Counted from the stretch's first letter, positions 49,465 to 59,913 are shown. The stretch: DNA of 64,000 bases from an uncultured Gemmatimonadaceae bacterium (GCA_963817955.1 CAWFQK010000001.1:192001-256000), one strand, 5' to 3'. Notes: generated by a model not told the origin, from the letters alone. Made by a program: numbers and translations.

Positions 49465-50550
49465 ATGAATCAACCGAATCTTCTCTGGCTGAGCCGCGCC
49501 CTGTCCCCCGCCCTGGTCCTCGCCACTCTGTCGTTCTCCCAAGCCGTCGTCCTCAACGCACAGCGAGCGTCTCCCCCCGAGGTCCTCGTCCTCGCGACCG
49601 GCGGCACCATCGCCTCCACGGGCAATTACTACGGCGACCGCGGCGGCAACGTCGTTCATGTCTCCGTCGACCAGCTCGTCAAGGCCGCCCCTGGCATCGA
49701 CAAAGTGGCGACGCTCTCCGCCGAGCAGTTCTCCAATGTCGCGTCGGGCTCCATCGGCCCCACGCAATGGCTCAATCTATCGAGGCGCATTAGCGCAGTG
49801 CTTACCGAGCGTCCGCAATTGGCTGGCGTCGTCGTCACCCACGGCACTGACACTATGGAAGAGACCGCATACTTCCTCGACCTCACGGTTGCCAGCGATC
49901 ACCCGGTGATCGTCACCGGCTCCATGCGGCCAGCCGATGGTATCGGTGCCGATGGGCCGGCGAACCTGTTCAACGCCGTTCGCGCCGCGGCGGCGCCTGC
50001 CTCACGAGCACGGGGCGCGATGGTGTTGATGGATGACCGGCTGTACGCGGCGCGCGAAGTCACGAAGACGAACACGACACGCGTCGAAACGTTTCAGGCG
50101 CCCGAGCACGGTCCGCTTGCCATTGCCGATCACGACACGCTCCTGTTCAACCGCCGCGCGCCGTCGGCTCGGCGGACATTCGACATCTCACATGTGAACG
50201 AACTGCCGCGTGTCGACATCATCTATTCGTATGGCGGGGCCGACAGCGTGTTGATCGATGCGGCCGTGGCGGCCGGCGCCAAGGGGCTCGTCGTCGCCGG
50301 GGTCGGCGCGGGCGGACTCGCGTCCGGTCAGAGTGGCGCGATCAGACGTGCAGCCCAGAAGGGGGTCGCGATTGTCATGGGCAGCAGAACCGGCTCCGGG
50401 CGCGTGAGCGGATCCGGGCGCGGCAGCATCGCCGCGGGCGATCTGAACGTCCAGCACGCGCGCATCTTGCTGATGCTCGCGCTCACTCAGACACGCGATC
50501 AGACGGAGCTCGCGAAGATATTCGCCGCACACACCGGCGGCGAACAGTAA
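49465..50550 (+). CDS. Secreted L-asparaginase (type II-like)
   Basis: ATGGTIA, THGTDTMEETA, TGSMRP, DGPANL; signal peptide. Confidence 0.92.
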   Translation: MNQPNLLWLSRALSPALVLATLSFSQAVVLNAQRASPPEVLVLATGGTIASTGNYYGDRGGNVVHVSVDQLVKAAPGIDKVATLSAEQFSNVASGSIGPTQWLNLSRRISAVLTERPQLAGVVVTHGTDTMEETAYFLDLTVASDHPVIVTGSMRPADGIGADGPANLFNAVRAAAAPASRARGAMVLMDDRLYAAREVTKTNTTRVETFQAPEHGPLAIADHDTLLFNRRAPSARRTFDISHVNELPRVDIIYSYGGADSVLIDAAVAAGAKGLVVAGVGAGGLASGQSGAIRRAAQKGVAIVMGSRTGSGRVSGSGRGSIAAGDLNVQHARILLMLALTQTRDQTELAKIFAAHTGGEQ

Positions 50551-50592
50551 CGCCTCGCCGTCCACAGGAATCCGACTCGAGCGATCACGTTC

Positions 50593-51006
50593 ATGAAACT
50601 CTTCACGTATCTCAACTACGGCGGCAACTGCCGACAGGCGTTCGAATTCTACGCGGCGCACCTCGGCGGCAAGATCACGATGCTCCGCACCCACGGCGAG
50701 CAGCCTGACGCAGACAACATTCCGTCCGACTGGAAGAACACCGTGCTGCACGCACGCATGGAATTGGGGGAGACATCGATCCTCGGCGCGGACGTCCCTC
50801 CGGATCGGTATCAGCCCATGCGCAGTGCATATCTCACCTTGATGCTGGACAGCAGCGCCGAGGCGGAGCGCATCTATGCACTGCTGTCGGAGGGCGGCGA
50901 GATCTTCATGCCGATCGCCGAAACGTTCTTCGCCACTCGGTTCGCCATGCTGCGCGACCGGTTCGGCACGTCGTGGATGCTACTGCACGAACGCACGATG
51001 CCGTAG
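50593..51006 (+). CDS. VOC family protein (PhnB-like)
   Basis: YL...GNC..AF.FY, LHA, DRFGTSW. Confidence 0.9.
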   Translation: MKLFTYLNYGGNCRQAFEFYAAHLGGKITMLRTHGEQPDADNIPSDWKNTVLHARMELGETSILGADVPPDRYQPMRSAYLTLMLDSSAEAERIYALLSEGGEIFMPIAETFFATRFAMLRDRFGTSWMLLHERTMP

Positions 51007-51355
51007 AGGCGGCTTGCAGCGATCTGTCGGCTCTCATCGCCTCTCCGACGCGTGGTGAGATTGAGTCGCGCATTGCGCTCATTGCGGCAATCGTGCAGGG
51101 GTCCTGGCTCGCAAAGCCACTCTCGCCGGCCGGTGCAGCGTGGATTGGCCCCCCGGGTGTCGACCGGCTGGGTGCCGCTGGCTGCTCCGTAGCGGTCGGC
51201 CCGCCGGTCGGCGAGGTTCGAGTTTCCAGTGGTGAGTTGTGCGTTGTGAGTGTCTCGTGTCCCGCGGCCCGCGGCCCGGTCAGGCTCGAGATGTAAGAAA
51301 CCGGCGGCGTCGGCAACCAATATCAGTAGAGCACCCACTACCGCTAGGACGCCAC

Positions 51356-51862
51356 GTGCCGACCACCCAGGAACAGATCTTCCTCGACCTCGTCCGCGAG
51401 AACGCGGCGCGATTGGGAAAGATCTGCCGCGCCTATACGCGAGACGCCGATGAGCAGGAGGATCTCCGCCAAGAGATGCTCCTGCAGCTCTGGCGATCGC
51501 TGCCGTCGTTCGCTGGCGGGTCGTCGGCCGGCACCTGGCTCTATCGCGTCGCGCTGAACACGGCGCTCGCATTCACTCGGCGACGCTCTGCACGCCGCGA
51601 GACGGCGCTGGACGATACCGACGTGGCGTCCGACAACCCGCGCGCCGACGAACAGCTCGAGTCGGAGCAGCGCGCCGAAGGCCTTCACGAGGCAATCGAT
51701 CGGTTGGGACCAATCGACAAGATGCTCGTCGCCATGCTCCTCGACGACAGGAGTTATCGCGACATGGCCGACGTGCTCGGGATGAGCGAGAGCAACGTCG
51801 GCGTCAAGCTGCACCGAATCAAGAAGACGCTGGCCACGTGGCTGGCACGGGAGATGGCATGA
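51356..51862 (+). CDS. ECF RNA polymerase sigma factor
   Basis: EDLRQE...LW, TWLYRVALN, SY.DMA.VLG.SESNVGVKLHR. Confidence 0.92.
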   Translation: MPTTQEQIFLDLVRENAARLGKICRAYTRDADEQEDLRQEMLLQLWRSLPSFAGGSSAGTWLYRVALNTALAFTRRRSARRETALDDTDVASDNPRADEQLESEQRAEGLHEAIDRLGPIDKMLVAMLLDDRSYRDMADVLGMSESNVGVKLHRIKKTLATWLAREMA

Positions 51863-52404
51863 ACACGACGTTGACGAATGAAGAGATCCTGGCGCTGGTG
51901 CGATCGAAGTCGCGGAAGCTCCAGTGGCAGATCCGTATGCGCGACTGGCGCGAGACAATCGCCAGCCTCATCGTCATCGCATTCCTCGCACCTGCAGCCA
52001 TCCACGGGAATCTGCTGAGCCGAACCGGCGTTGGAGTCGTCGTCGGAGGTCTGATCTTCATCGGCGTCAAGCTCCATCGCGCGCGAAGCGGCCGCACGCC
52101 TGGCATGGACGCGCCGGTCGCGGTGGTGCTTCGCGCCGATCGTGAGCGTATCGACGCGCAAATCATGCTGCTGGAGAGCGTGCTCTCCTGGTACATCGCG
52201 CCAATCATGATTGGATCGATCCTCATCGTCGCATCCGTGCGTGCGCCATGGGTGTTTATGGCCGGCTACGTCGTGATCGTCGCGTTGCTCTCATGGGGGA
52301 TTCAGCGGCTGAACGCGTTCGCTGCTCGCAGTTACCTGCGTCCCCGCCGCGACGAGCTAACGGCGCTGTTGTCGCAAATCGAATCGAGCGAGGTCTCGAC
52401 ATGA
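51859..52404 (+). CDS. Four-TM membrane protein, putative anti-sigma factor
   Basis: ATGA overlap with the sigma gene; four hydrophobic segments. Confidence 0.75.
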   Translation: MNTTLTNEEILALVRSKSRKLQWQIRMRDWRETIASLIVIAFLAPAAIHGNLLSRTGVGVVVGGLIFIGVKLHRARSGRTPGMDAPVAVVLRADRERIDAQIMLLESVLSWYIAPIMIGSILIVASVRAPWVFMAGYVVIVALLSWGIQRLNAFAARSYLRPRRDELTALLSQIESSEVST

Positions 52405-52441
52405 CGAATACACGAATTCGGTTCACCTGCTCGGAGCACGT

Positions 52442-53863
52442 ATGACATATCGCATCTTCTTCCTGGGTGCCACCTCGAGCGCGCTGCTCGTTGCGTTGCA
52501 CGCCTATCCAGCGCGCGATGCTCTTGCGCGCTCAGTCTCTGCGATCGCGCAGACGTCCTCATTGGACGACTCGACGGTCCTGCGTCTCATTCGTGAACGG
52601 GTGGACACGCGCCGCAACGTAGGCCTGGTCATCGGCATCATCGACTCCACGGGGCGTCGGCACGTCTACGAGTACGGCCGCTTGAACGGCCAGGGCTCAC
52701 CAGAGGTGGACGCAAACACGGTCTTCGAGATCGGCTCGATCACCAAGACGTTCACCACGACGCTCCTGGCCGCCATGGTGCGCCAGGGCGAGGTCGCGCT
52801 CGATGACCCCGTCTCGAAGTTCTTGCCGTCCGAGGTCCGCATGCAGGCGAACGGACGCGACATCACCCTGGAGGACCTCGCGACGCAGAGCTCGGGCCTT
52901 CCCCCCATGCCAGCCAACTTCCACCCGAAGAATGTGGAAGATCCATACGCGGATTATGGGACGCCGCAGCTCGACGGGTTCCTCACGGGCTACACGCCGC
53001 CGACCGCACCGGGGGTGAAATATGAATACTCTAACCTCGGCGTCGGCCTGCTCGGCTATGTCTTGAGCCGCCGAGCGGGCGTGCCGTACGAGCGACTGAT
53101 CGAGCAGCGCGTGCTCGCGCCGCTCGGCATGTCGGACACGCGGTTGGTATTGACGCCGGACATGAAGCGCCGGCTCGCCCCAGGCCACAACCGTGACGGC
53201 GACGAGGTGTCAGGTTGGACCTTCGACGCACTCGCCAGCGCCGGTGCGTTGCGATCCACCGTGAACGACCTGATGCGGTACGTTGCCGCCAATCTCGACA
53301 GCACGAGTCGCCCGCTCGGAGCCGTGCTCCGCGGCGCCCATCAGCCGCGTCGGCCGACGACCATTCCCAACACGCAGATCGGGCTCGCCTGGCACGTGCT
53401 CCGTGTGAACAACTCCGACGTCATCTGGCACAACGGCGAAACGGGAGGCTATCACTCCTTCATCGCGGTCGACCCAACGCGTCACGTGGGAGTGGTGGTG
53501 CTCAGCAACTCGGCGACGTCGATCGACGATCTGGGAATGCATCTCGTGGATGAGCGAATCCCGCTACATTTGCCGCCTGCGCCGCCGATCGAAGTGGTAC
53601 AGGATTCGATGATGGTGGACACGTACGTCGGAACGTACGAGCTCGCACCCGGCGCGAGGATGACGGTGACGAGAGCGGGATCGAAGCTCTACTTGCAGCC
53701 AACCGGGCAACAGAGGGTCCGCGTTTTTCCAACGTCGGATTCGACGTACAAGCTGACGGTCGTCGATGCACAGTTGACCTTTCATCACGACGCGCAAGGG
53801 AGGGTGAGTGAGATGGAATTGAGACAGGGGGGGAGGGAGATGAGGGGGGTTCGGGTTCGTTGA
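52442..53863 (+). CDS. Serine hydrolase (beta-lactamase class C-like) with DUF3471-like C-terminus
   Basis: SxxK (GSITK), YSN, WHNG; C-terminal YVGTY domain. Confidence 0.9.
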   Translation: MTYRIFFLGATSSALLVALHAYPARDALARSVSAIAQTSSLDDSTVLRLIRERVDTRRNVGLVIGIIDSTGRRHVYEYGRLNGQGSPEVDANTVFEIGSITKTFTTTLLAAMVRQGEVALDDPVSKFLPSEVRMQANGRDITLEDLATQSSGLPPMPANFHPKNVEDPYADYGTPQLDGFLTGYTPPTAPGVKYEYSNLGVGLLGYVLSRRAGVPYERLIEQRVLAPLGMSDTRLVLTPDMKRRLAPGHNRDGDEVSGWTFDALASAGALRSTVNDLMRYVAANLDSTSRPLGAVLRGAHQPRRPTTIPNTQIGLAWHVLRVNNSDVIWHNGETGGYHSFIAVDPTRHVGVVVLSNSATSIDDLGMHLVDERIPLHLPPAPPIEVVQDSMMVDTYVGTYELAPGARMTVTRAGSKLYLQPTGQQRVRVFPTSDSTYKLTVVDAQLTFHHDAQGRVSEMELRQGGREMRGVRVR

Positions 53864-54010
53864 CGGCGCGAACTGCTGACGGCGCTGACTCCCTGACAGC
53901 GCTGACTCCCAAACTGCGCTGACTCCCTCACGGCGCCAACTCCCTAACGGCGCTGACTCCCTGACGGCGGCTGACGGCGGACTTACAGCGTTGTTTACGG
54001 CGTTTACGGC
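53861..54010 (+). repeat. Family A left arm (partner at 56720-56818)
   Basis: TGACGGCGCGAAC terminus followed by 17-bp units in one orientation only. Confidence 0.85.
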
Positions 54011-54974
54011 ACTTCGGTTTCCGACTTGCCGTTGGCGTCCCACGGCGGTGAGCTGAAAGGCATCCACCACTTCCTTCATTCGTTCGGCTTGAGTCGCGAG
54101 CGGAGCGGAAGATGCCGCCGCCTGGTCTGCGTTCGCGACTGTTTGCTGCGTGACCGTGTTCATGTGATCCACTGCCGTATCGACCTCGGCGATCCCCTGC
54201 GTTTGCTGGTCGCTGGCCGCCGCTATCTCGGACATCACCTCGCTCACCTTGCTCACGCCTTCGGTGATCCCCTGGAGATTCTTCGCGACCTCTGCCGCCG
54301 TGAGCCGCTGCAAGCTCTCGACGCCGCGCGCGACTTTAGCGTTCACCGACGATCGCTTGGCCATCGCACCCATTTCCTGTAGACTCGCCGACACCTTCTG
54401 GAGCGAGCTTGCTCGTTCTGCCGAACCGCGCGGCGGCAGCGGCGGCGGCGGCGGCTCCCGACGTTTGCGTCGAGTTCGTCTCGTTGGTCTGGATCAAGTT
54501 GACCATGGTCGCAACCATGGCGGTTCCGAATGGCATAGTAGTGGCGGCGCGCCACCAATCGCCTCCTCCGTCTTTCCCGCCCCGTACAGTTCCAGGAACC
54601 GCGGCCGCGCGTCGCGGTACTTGGGATAGACGGAATCCCGCTGCGCGAGCACGGCGCGCTCGGACGCGTCCGTCGACGTCTTCCGATATGCCGCCATCGC
54701 GTCCTTGAGCGTCTTCTTAATGCCCGCGGTCTGGTCGATGATCTTTTGCTGATCCTCGGGAGTCTTGGCGGACACGAACTGTGAGACGCCAATCCGCAGT
54801 TCCCAGAGCGCATTCTGCGCAGTGCCGAGGTTGGCGGCCCCTGGAGTCGATCGGCGTAGAGCGCTAGCCCGGAGCGCGTCGTGTACCATTGGCCGCTCCG
54901 TTGAGCAGGACGAGCACAATGACCATCCCGAAGGCTCCGAGCAGCTTGCTCCTGATACTCAGGTTCTTGGGCAT
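54010..54974 (-). pseudogene. Methyl-accepting chemotaxis protein relic
   Basis: MPKNLSIRSKLLGAFG TM1, four-helix-bundle sensor fragment and EIAAASDQQTQGI..V...MNTVTQQ lie in different frames; TM2, HAMP and signalling tip absent. 3' boundary approximate. Confidence 0.85.
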
Positions 54975-55451
54975 CGACGTGGGAACCAAGGGTGTGAATT
55001 GGAGAGACGTTCGGGCTACTAGAATATTTGAATGTTCACCGTCACGACATTGCGCGGCGACCGAAGTCGTCCGTCATCTTGTGAACGAGTTTGATCTGCA
55101 GCTGAGCTCAACCTTGGCCAATTCTGGCCGCCACGTGCGTAATGGGTAGATCGACTCCGACGTCCCTCGCGATGCACGGTTGACTACGCTCGCCGGTCTG
55201 CGGTATGCGCGCGATGACGAGCGGCCCGCTGTTGCGCGGTGGGGCACGGAGCCCGGCTCAGCTTCCCCGTCGGTCCGTGAATCAACACCCCCCTTTTTTG
55301 CCTGTGTAACGGTCCGTTGCACCCCTCAAGTGGCACCGAACCGATCCCGATACCTCAGAACGACCGGGTCGGCCAATGGATGGTGCGCTAACGCATCCTG
55401 ACTCGCCCCGGCACCGCCGCGCAGGATGCGCGATAGAGGAGCGGGGCTATC

Positions 55452-56000
55452 ATGGGGCAATGGAAGCTGGTTCTCGGTATCATCAGCCTGACTGGACTCG
55501 CCAGTACGTGGCAGCACCATCCCATCGACTACCGGGCCCACCCGCCGGAGGTGTCGATCGTCGGAGCCGCCCGCGACACATTGAACGCGGCCTACGCGGA
55601 ATACCAGCACCAGGGTTCCAACGCGCCCCTCATCGAACACGGATTCTGCGCCCGATCGTGGGTGTCTTACCACCCCTCTTGGAATAGGACGGTCGTTCGC
55701 ATCACCAGCCTCGTTCGGTCGGAAGTGGATGCCTCGCCGATCAGCGTGGGGATTCCCTGCGCCCAATCCGGGACCATAGAAACCGGAATCGTGTTCCACA
55801 CGCATCCGCCTCAACGGTGCATCATCAAGAGCAATTGGCAATCGTGGTCCGACTGCGTGCCAAGCGACGATATCGCCACTGAGTGTCGCGCGAGCTATCG
55901 CGACATGGCGGATACTCTGGAGCACCGCGGTGTGCCAGCACGCTTCCTCGTCTGCGGCGAGGATCGCTTCGTCCTGTATCACGCGACGGACGCGCTGTAA
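55452..56000 (+). CDS. Secreted hypothetical protein with JAB/MPN+-like motif
   Basis: Signal/TM segment; E(HGFC)...FHTHP...SYRD; six cysteines; GAGGAG upstream. Confidence 0.7.
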   Translation: MGQWKLVLGIISLTGLASTWQHHPIDYRAHPPEVSIVGAARDTLNAAYAEYQHQGSNAPLIEHGFCARSWVSYHPSWNRTVVRITSLVRSEVDASPISVGIPCAQSGTIETGIVFHTHPPQRCIIKSNWQSWSDCVPSDDIATECRASYRDMADTLEHRGVPARFLVCGEDRFVLYHATDAL

Positions 56001-56310
56001 TAGCCGTAGCTGTGTCCTGACACCTCTATGTCAGGGGATGTCTTCCCCTTCAGGGGCTCGAGTTCGTAGAGCACGAGCCTGGTGCTCGCGATGGCTGGCT
56101 GCGACGTGCCATAATAGATCCATCGACCATCCCGCCGCGTGGTCTCGAGCCCCGCTTCGCGAAGCGTGCGCAGATGGTGCGATACGAGTGATTGGTCGGG
56201 CCCTGTCTCTTCCATCAGGTCGGCACAGTGCGTTTGCCACTCGTGAGTATTTCGAGGAGATATCCCCGCCGCACTAAGCCCTTCCGGCGCAGCGCTGAAC
56301 AGCGACTGCG
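55979..56310 (-). pseudogene. ArsR/SmtB family regulator, frameshifted
   Basis: LLEILTSGKRTV in one frame; DLMEETG..QSLVSHHLRTLREAGL..TRRDGRWIYY in another (shift about 56222-56226). 5' boundary approximate. Confidence 0.8.
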
Positions 56311-56719
56311 CGGACCGACGGCCGACGCAAAGACCGTTGTGCCCTCACGCATTGCGTACTCGGTCATGCCGCATGGGCTTGCACCATTCCATCTCGCTTG
56401 CGAAACGCTTTCGACTCGGATGCCGACGCGCAACGACAGCGATGCAACCGGATGCGTGAGCAGGTCGATCTACGCGGCGCGCGCAACAAGCGTCTGCGCA
56501 CGTTCACCACTCAGTGTGCCACGCTGACTCAGCGAGTAACGCACGTCTGGTCGCTCCTCGCTCGCGCCGACCGATGCGGTGTATCGCTCACGCGTCACAT
56601 CGATCGCGCTCGACGCTCGATGTTCGTTCACGGACCCCGCCATCACGACGCCGCCACGGCGATCGTGGCGACGCCGGCGTTCACTCGCCCCACGGCGCTA
56701 CCGCCGGTCGCGATCATCA

Positions 56720-56818
56720 AGTCAGCGCCGTAAGAGCGTTGGCGTAGTCAGGGAGTCCGCGCAGTCAGGGAGCTAGCGGCGTTCAGGAAGTCAGCGCCGT
56801 CAACAGTTCGCGCCGTCA
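56720..56818 (-). repeat. Family A right arm (degenerate)
   Basis: Ends GTTCGCGCCGTCA; order of variant units mirrors the arm at 53861. Confidence 0.8.
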
Positions 56819-56824
56819 ACACTA

Positions 56825-56853
56825 TTGACACCGCATTCACCCTATTTTACTCT
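56825..56853 (+). promoter_or_regulatory. Sigma70-type promoter for the padR-permease operon
   Basis: TTGACA-17 bp-TACTCT, 58 bp upstream of the PadR ATG. Confidence 0.7.
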
Positions 56854-56911
56854 ATGCCTAGAAAGGATCAGTATCCGCCGCTCCCGACTCACAACTCGTC
56901 CGCTCATTCCC

Positions 56912-57259
56912 ATGCCCGACGCCAGCCCGCGCGATCTCTTTCCCGGTGCTCTCGAGATGATGGTGCTCCGACTCCTCAAGCAGGAGCCGCTGCACGGCTA
57001 CGCGCTCGTGCAGCGGATTCAACAGGCGTCGGACAACCTGCTCGAGGTCGAAGAGGGATCACTGTATCCCGCTCTGCAGCGCCTGCTGAAGGATGGATTC
57101 GTGAGTGCCGAGTGGGGGGTGTCGTCGACGAACCGCCGGGTGCGGATCTATCGGCTCACGCCAGCGGGGGCAAAGCACCTGACCCGTCAAGTCTCGAGCT
57201 ACGCTCGGATGTTTGAGGGCATCAACCTCGTGTTGGCCTTCGGCGGGGGAAAGCTATGA
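56912..57259 (+). CDS. PadR family regulator (acidobacterial type)
   Basis: LHGY..VQRI, EEGSLYPALQRL, WG.S..NRR...Y.LT..G; coupled to an ADOP permease. Confidence 0.93.
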   Translation: MPDASPRDLFPGALEMMVLRLLKQEPLHGYALVQRIQQASDNLLEVEEGSLYPALQRLLKDGFVSAEWGVSSTNRRVRIYRLTPAGAKHLTRQVSSYARMFEGINLVLAFGGGKL

Positions 57260-59907
57260 TCTGGATCGATCGAGTCTTCCGACGCCATCACATCTATGAT
57301 GACCTCTCCGCGGAAATACGAGCGCACCTGGACGAACGAGTCGACGAACTGGTGGCACTGGGGATGTCCCGCGCCGATGCTCGCGCCGCCGCGCGCCGCG
57401 CTTTCGGGAACGTCACGGTGATTGAGGAACGGGCACGAGATACGTGGCAGTGGCCAACGATCGAGTCTTTCCTGATGGACATCCGATTCGCGCTCCGGCA
57501 ACTGCGTCGTGCGCCGGGCGTGACGGCGATCATCCTGCTCACGCTGGCCATCGGTATTGCGGCCGCGGCCACGGTATTCAGCTGGACCCGCACCATTCTA
57601 CTCGATCCTCTGCCCGGCGCCGGTGAGCCGACCCGAGTGCTGGCGCTCGAGTCCACCACGCCGGCGGGAACCTGGACGCCAACCTCATGGCCGGACTTCA
57701 TAGACTTTCGTAAATACCTGAAATCGTTCGACGGGCTTGCGGCGGCGTATCCGATTTCGCTGGCGATCGGCGATGCCGTGCACTCCGAACGTCAGCAGGC
57801 CGAACTCGTGTCGGCGAACTTCTTCGACGTGCTCCGGGTGCGACCTGCACTGGGGCGCTTCTTTCCGCCAAGCCGCGACAACGTGGAAGGCGGAGATCCC
57901 GACGTCGTCATCAGCTACAACCTCTGGCACAGTCGCTGGAAGGGTGACAGCGCGGTCATCGGCCGAGTGGTACACATCAACCGGTTTCCGTTCACGGTGA
58001 TCGGCATCGCACCGGCAGAATTTCAGGGCTCCATGCCAGGCGAGCAAGTCGACGTCTGGGTGCCGATGACGATGGTCGGACAGATCCTCCCAACCGGCAG
58101 CTCCATGCTGGGCGACCGCGCATGGCGGACGTTTCGCGTGCTGGCACGCATCGCTCCAAGTGTCACGCTGGCCGCAGCGCGCGAGGAGGTGGCGCGGTTC
58201 GCAACCTACATGGGCAAGGTGAACGGCGGGAGAAGTCTGGGAATGAGTGCCATGCTGCTGCCGCTCTGGCAATCGCATTGGGGCGTACAGAACACGCTCC
58301 GTGCGCCGCTCGTGGTGCTCATGGGCGCGTGCGGTCTCGTGCTGTTGATCGTTTGCGCGAACATGGCCAATCTGTTGTTGGCGCGAGCGACGGGCCGGCA
58401 GCGTGAGTTCGGTCTGCGGGTCGCGCTCGGTGCGCCGCGCCGGCGCCTCGTTCGACAACTGTTGACCGAGGCATCGATCCTTGCCGCAGCTGGCTCGGCG
58501 CTCGGTCTGCTCTGCACGCTGTGGCTCACGCACTCCCTCCATGTGCTCCTGCCGTCGTATGCGGCAGCGTCATTGCGCGACCCGAAGGTCGGCGCTGGCG
58601 TGTTGGCGTTCACAGCGGCGCTCGCGTGCGGTGTGACGCTCCTCGCCGGCATCGCGCCGGCGCTGCACGGCTCGCGCGAGCGGGTTGGCGATGCCTTGAA
58701 TGAGGGCGGACGCGGAGCCATTGGCGGCGTTCACATCACGCGTCTGCGCAACTTGCTTGTGATTGGCGAGATGGCGCTGGCAATGATGTCGCTGGTGGGA
58801 GCGGGACTGTTCTACGACAGCTACCGCCGCACGCACGCCGTGGCCCCTGGCTTCATCGCCGAACATGTCGCAATGGCCGCGGTGAGCCTGACGCTCGCCG
58901 GTTACGATTCGGCGCACGCTGATGCCTTCCTTCGTCGCGTGTCCGACCGCATTCGACGCGAGCCTGGTGTCTCGGCCACGAGCTACACTGATTACGTACC
59001 GCTCAGCATGGGTCAGGGATCGTGGGAGGATCTGAACGTGGAGGGCTACGCGCCCCAGCCCAACGAAGACATGAAGCTGTTCCGCGCGGCGATTGGCCCG
59101 GACTACTTCGCGTCCATGCAGATACCATTGTTGGCCGGTCGCGACTTTCGGATGGACGATGATTCCGCCCACACGCCGGTGATGATCGTCAACGCTGCGT
59201 TCGTGCAGCATTTCCTACGTGGCCGTTCGGTGCTCGGCGTGAAGGTGAAGGGATGGGGCAAGTGGTTCACGATCGTCGGGGTGGCGAAAGACGTGAAGGT
59301 GTATCGTCTCAGCGAGTCGCCCACACCCTACTTCTATGTCGCCGTACGGCAGGTGTATCGTCCGGAATACGGTTACACGTTCCTGGCATGCACTGCGGCG
59401 CCGGTGGATCAAGCGGTGAGAACGATCATGCAAGCCGTGAAGGAAGCCGATCCAACTGTGCCGACATTCAACGCCATGCCGCTCACCGAGTACATCAGCG
59501 CACCGCTGCGCGGACAGCAAACCGCCGCGCAACTCCTGGCACTTCTCGCCGCGGTTGCGATGCTCCTCGCGGCCATCGGACTCTACGGCGTCATTTCATA
59601 TGCCGTGGCAGAACGGTCGAAGGAGATCGGCGTTCGCGTTGCATTGGGAGCGCAACCGTCTGACGTATTCCGAGCGGTCGCATCGCAGGCGGGAAGCTTG
59701 GTGGTTCGAGGCCTTGTCGTGGGGCTTGGGGGAGCAGTGGTGCTCGGGCGAATCGTGGCGTCGCTGCTGTTCTCCGTGGGTGCTGGCGACGTGACGGCGT
59801 TCGCCGTCGCGGCAGGAGGGATGGTTGTGATCGCCGTGGCCGCGACGGCAGTGCCGATGAGAAGAGTGATGAAGGTGGATCCGATTGGGGTGTTGAGGGC
59901 TGAATAG
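57256..59907 (+). CDS. ADOP family duplicated ABC permease with prefix domain
   Basis: EIRAHL...G.S...AR..A...FG prefix, CANMANLLLAR, REFGLRVALGA, EIGVRVALGA. Confidence 0.93.
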   Translation: MIWIDRVFRRHHIYDDLSAEIRAHLDERVDELVALGMSRADARAAARRAFGNVTVIEERARDTWQWPTIESFLMDIRFALRQLRRAPGVTAIILLTLAIGIAAAATVFSWTRTILLDPLPGAGEPTRVLALESTTPAGTWTPTSWPDFIDFRKYLKSFDGLAAAYPISLAIGDAVHSERQQAELVSANFFDVLRVRPALGRFFPPSRDNVEGGDPDVVISYNLWHSRWKGDSAVIGRVVHINRFPFTVIGIAPAEFQGSMPGEQVDVWVPMTMVGQILPTGSSMLGDRAWRTFRVLARIAPSVTLAAAREEVARFATYMGKVNGGRSLGMSAMLLPLWQSHWGVQNTLRAPLVVLMGACGLVLLIVCANMANLLLARATGRQREFGLRVALGAPRRRLVRQLLTEASILAAAGSALGLLCTLWLTHSLHVLLPSYAAASLRDPKVGAGVLAFTAALACGVTLLAGIAPALHGSRERVGDALNEGGRGAIGGVHITRLRNLLVIGEMALAMMSLVGAGLFYDSYRRTHAVAPGFIAEHVAMAAVSLTLAGYDSAHADAFLRRVSDRIRREPGVSATSYTDYVPLSMGQGSWEDLNVEGYAPQPNEDMKLFRAAIGPDYFASMQIPLLAGRDFRMDDDSAHTPVMIVNAAFVQHFLRGRSVLGVKVKGWGKWFTIVGVAKDVKVYRLSESPTPYFYVAVRQVYRPEYGYTFLACTAAPVDQAVRTIMQAVKEADPTVPTFNAMPLTEYISAPLRGQQTAAQLLALLAAVAMLLAAIGLYGVISYAVAERSKEIGVRVALGAQPSDVFRAVASQAGSLVVRGLVVGLGGAVVLGRIVASLLFSVGAGDVTAFAVAAGGMVVIAVAATAVPMRRVMKVDPIGVLRAE

Positions 59908-59913
59908 GAGGCG

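Noticed and set aside
53564..54010. C-terminal half of the 53564-54394 ORF as real protein
   Set aside because: Read-through of the MCP relic across the repeat arm and antisense to the serine hydrolase.
55331..55350. TGGCAC as a sigma54 promoter
   Set aside because: No TTGC -12 element at the required spacing.
56215..56230. Single-base frameshifts (ArsR, CAP, YhaN) as programmed recoding
   Set aside because: No slippery heptamer seen; mutation or sequencing indel is simpler, and ArsR and CAP show further decay.
56398..56733. 111-aa plus-strand ORF
   Set aside because: No recognisable motif or SD, and it ends in the repeat arm; cannot be supported.
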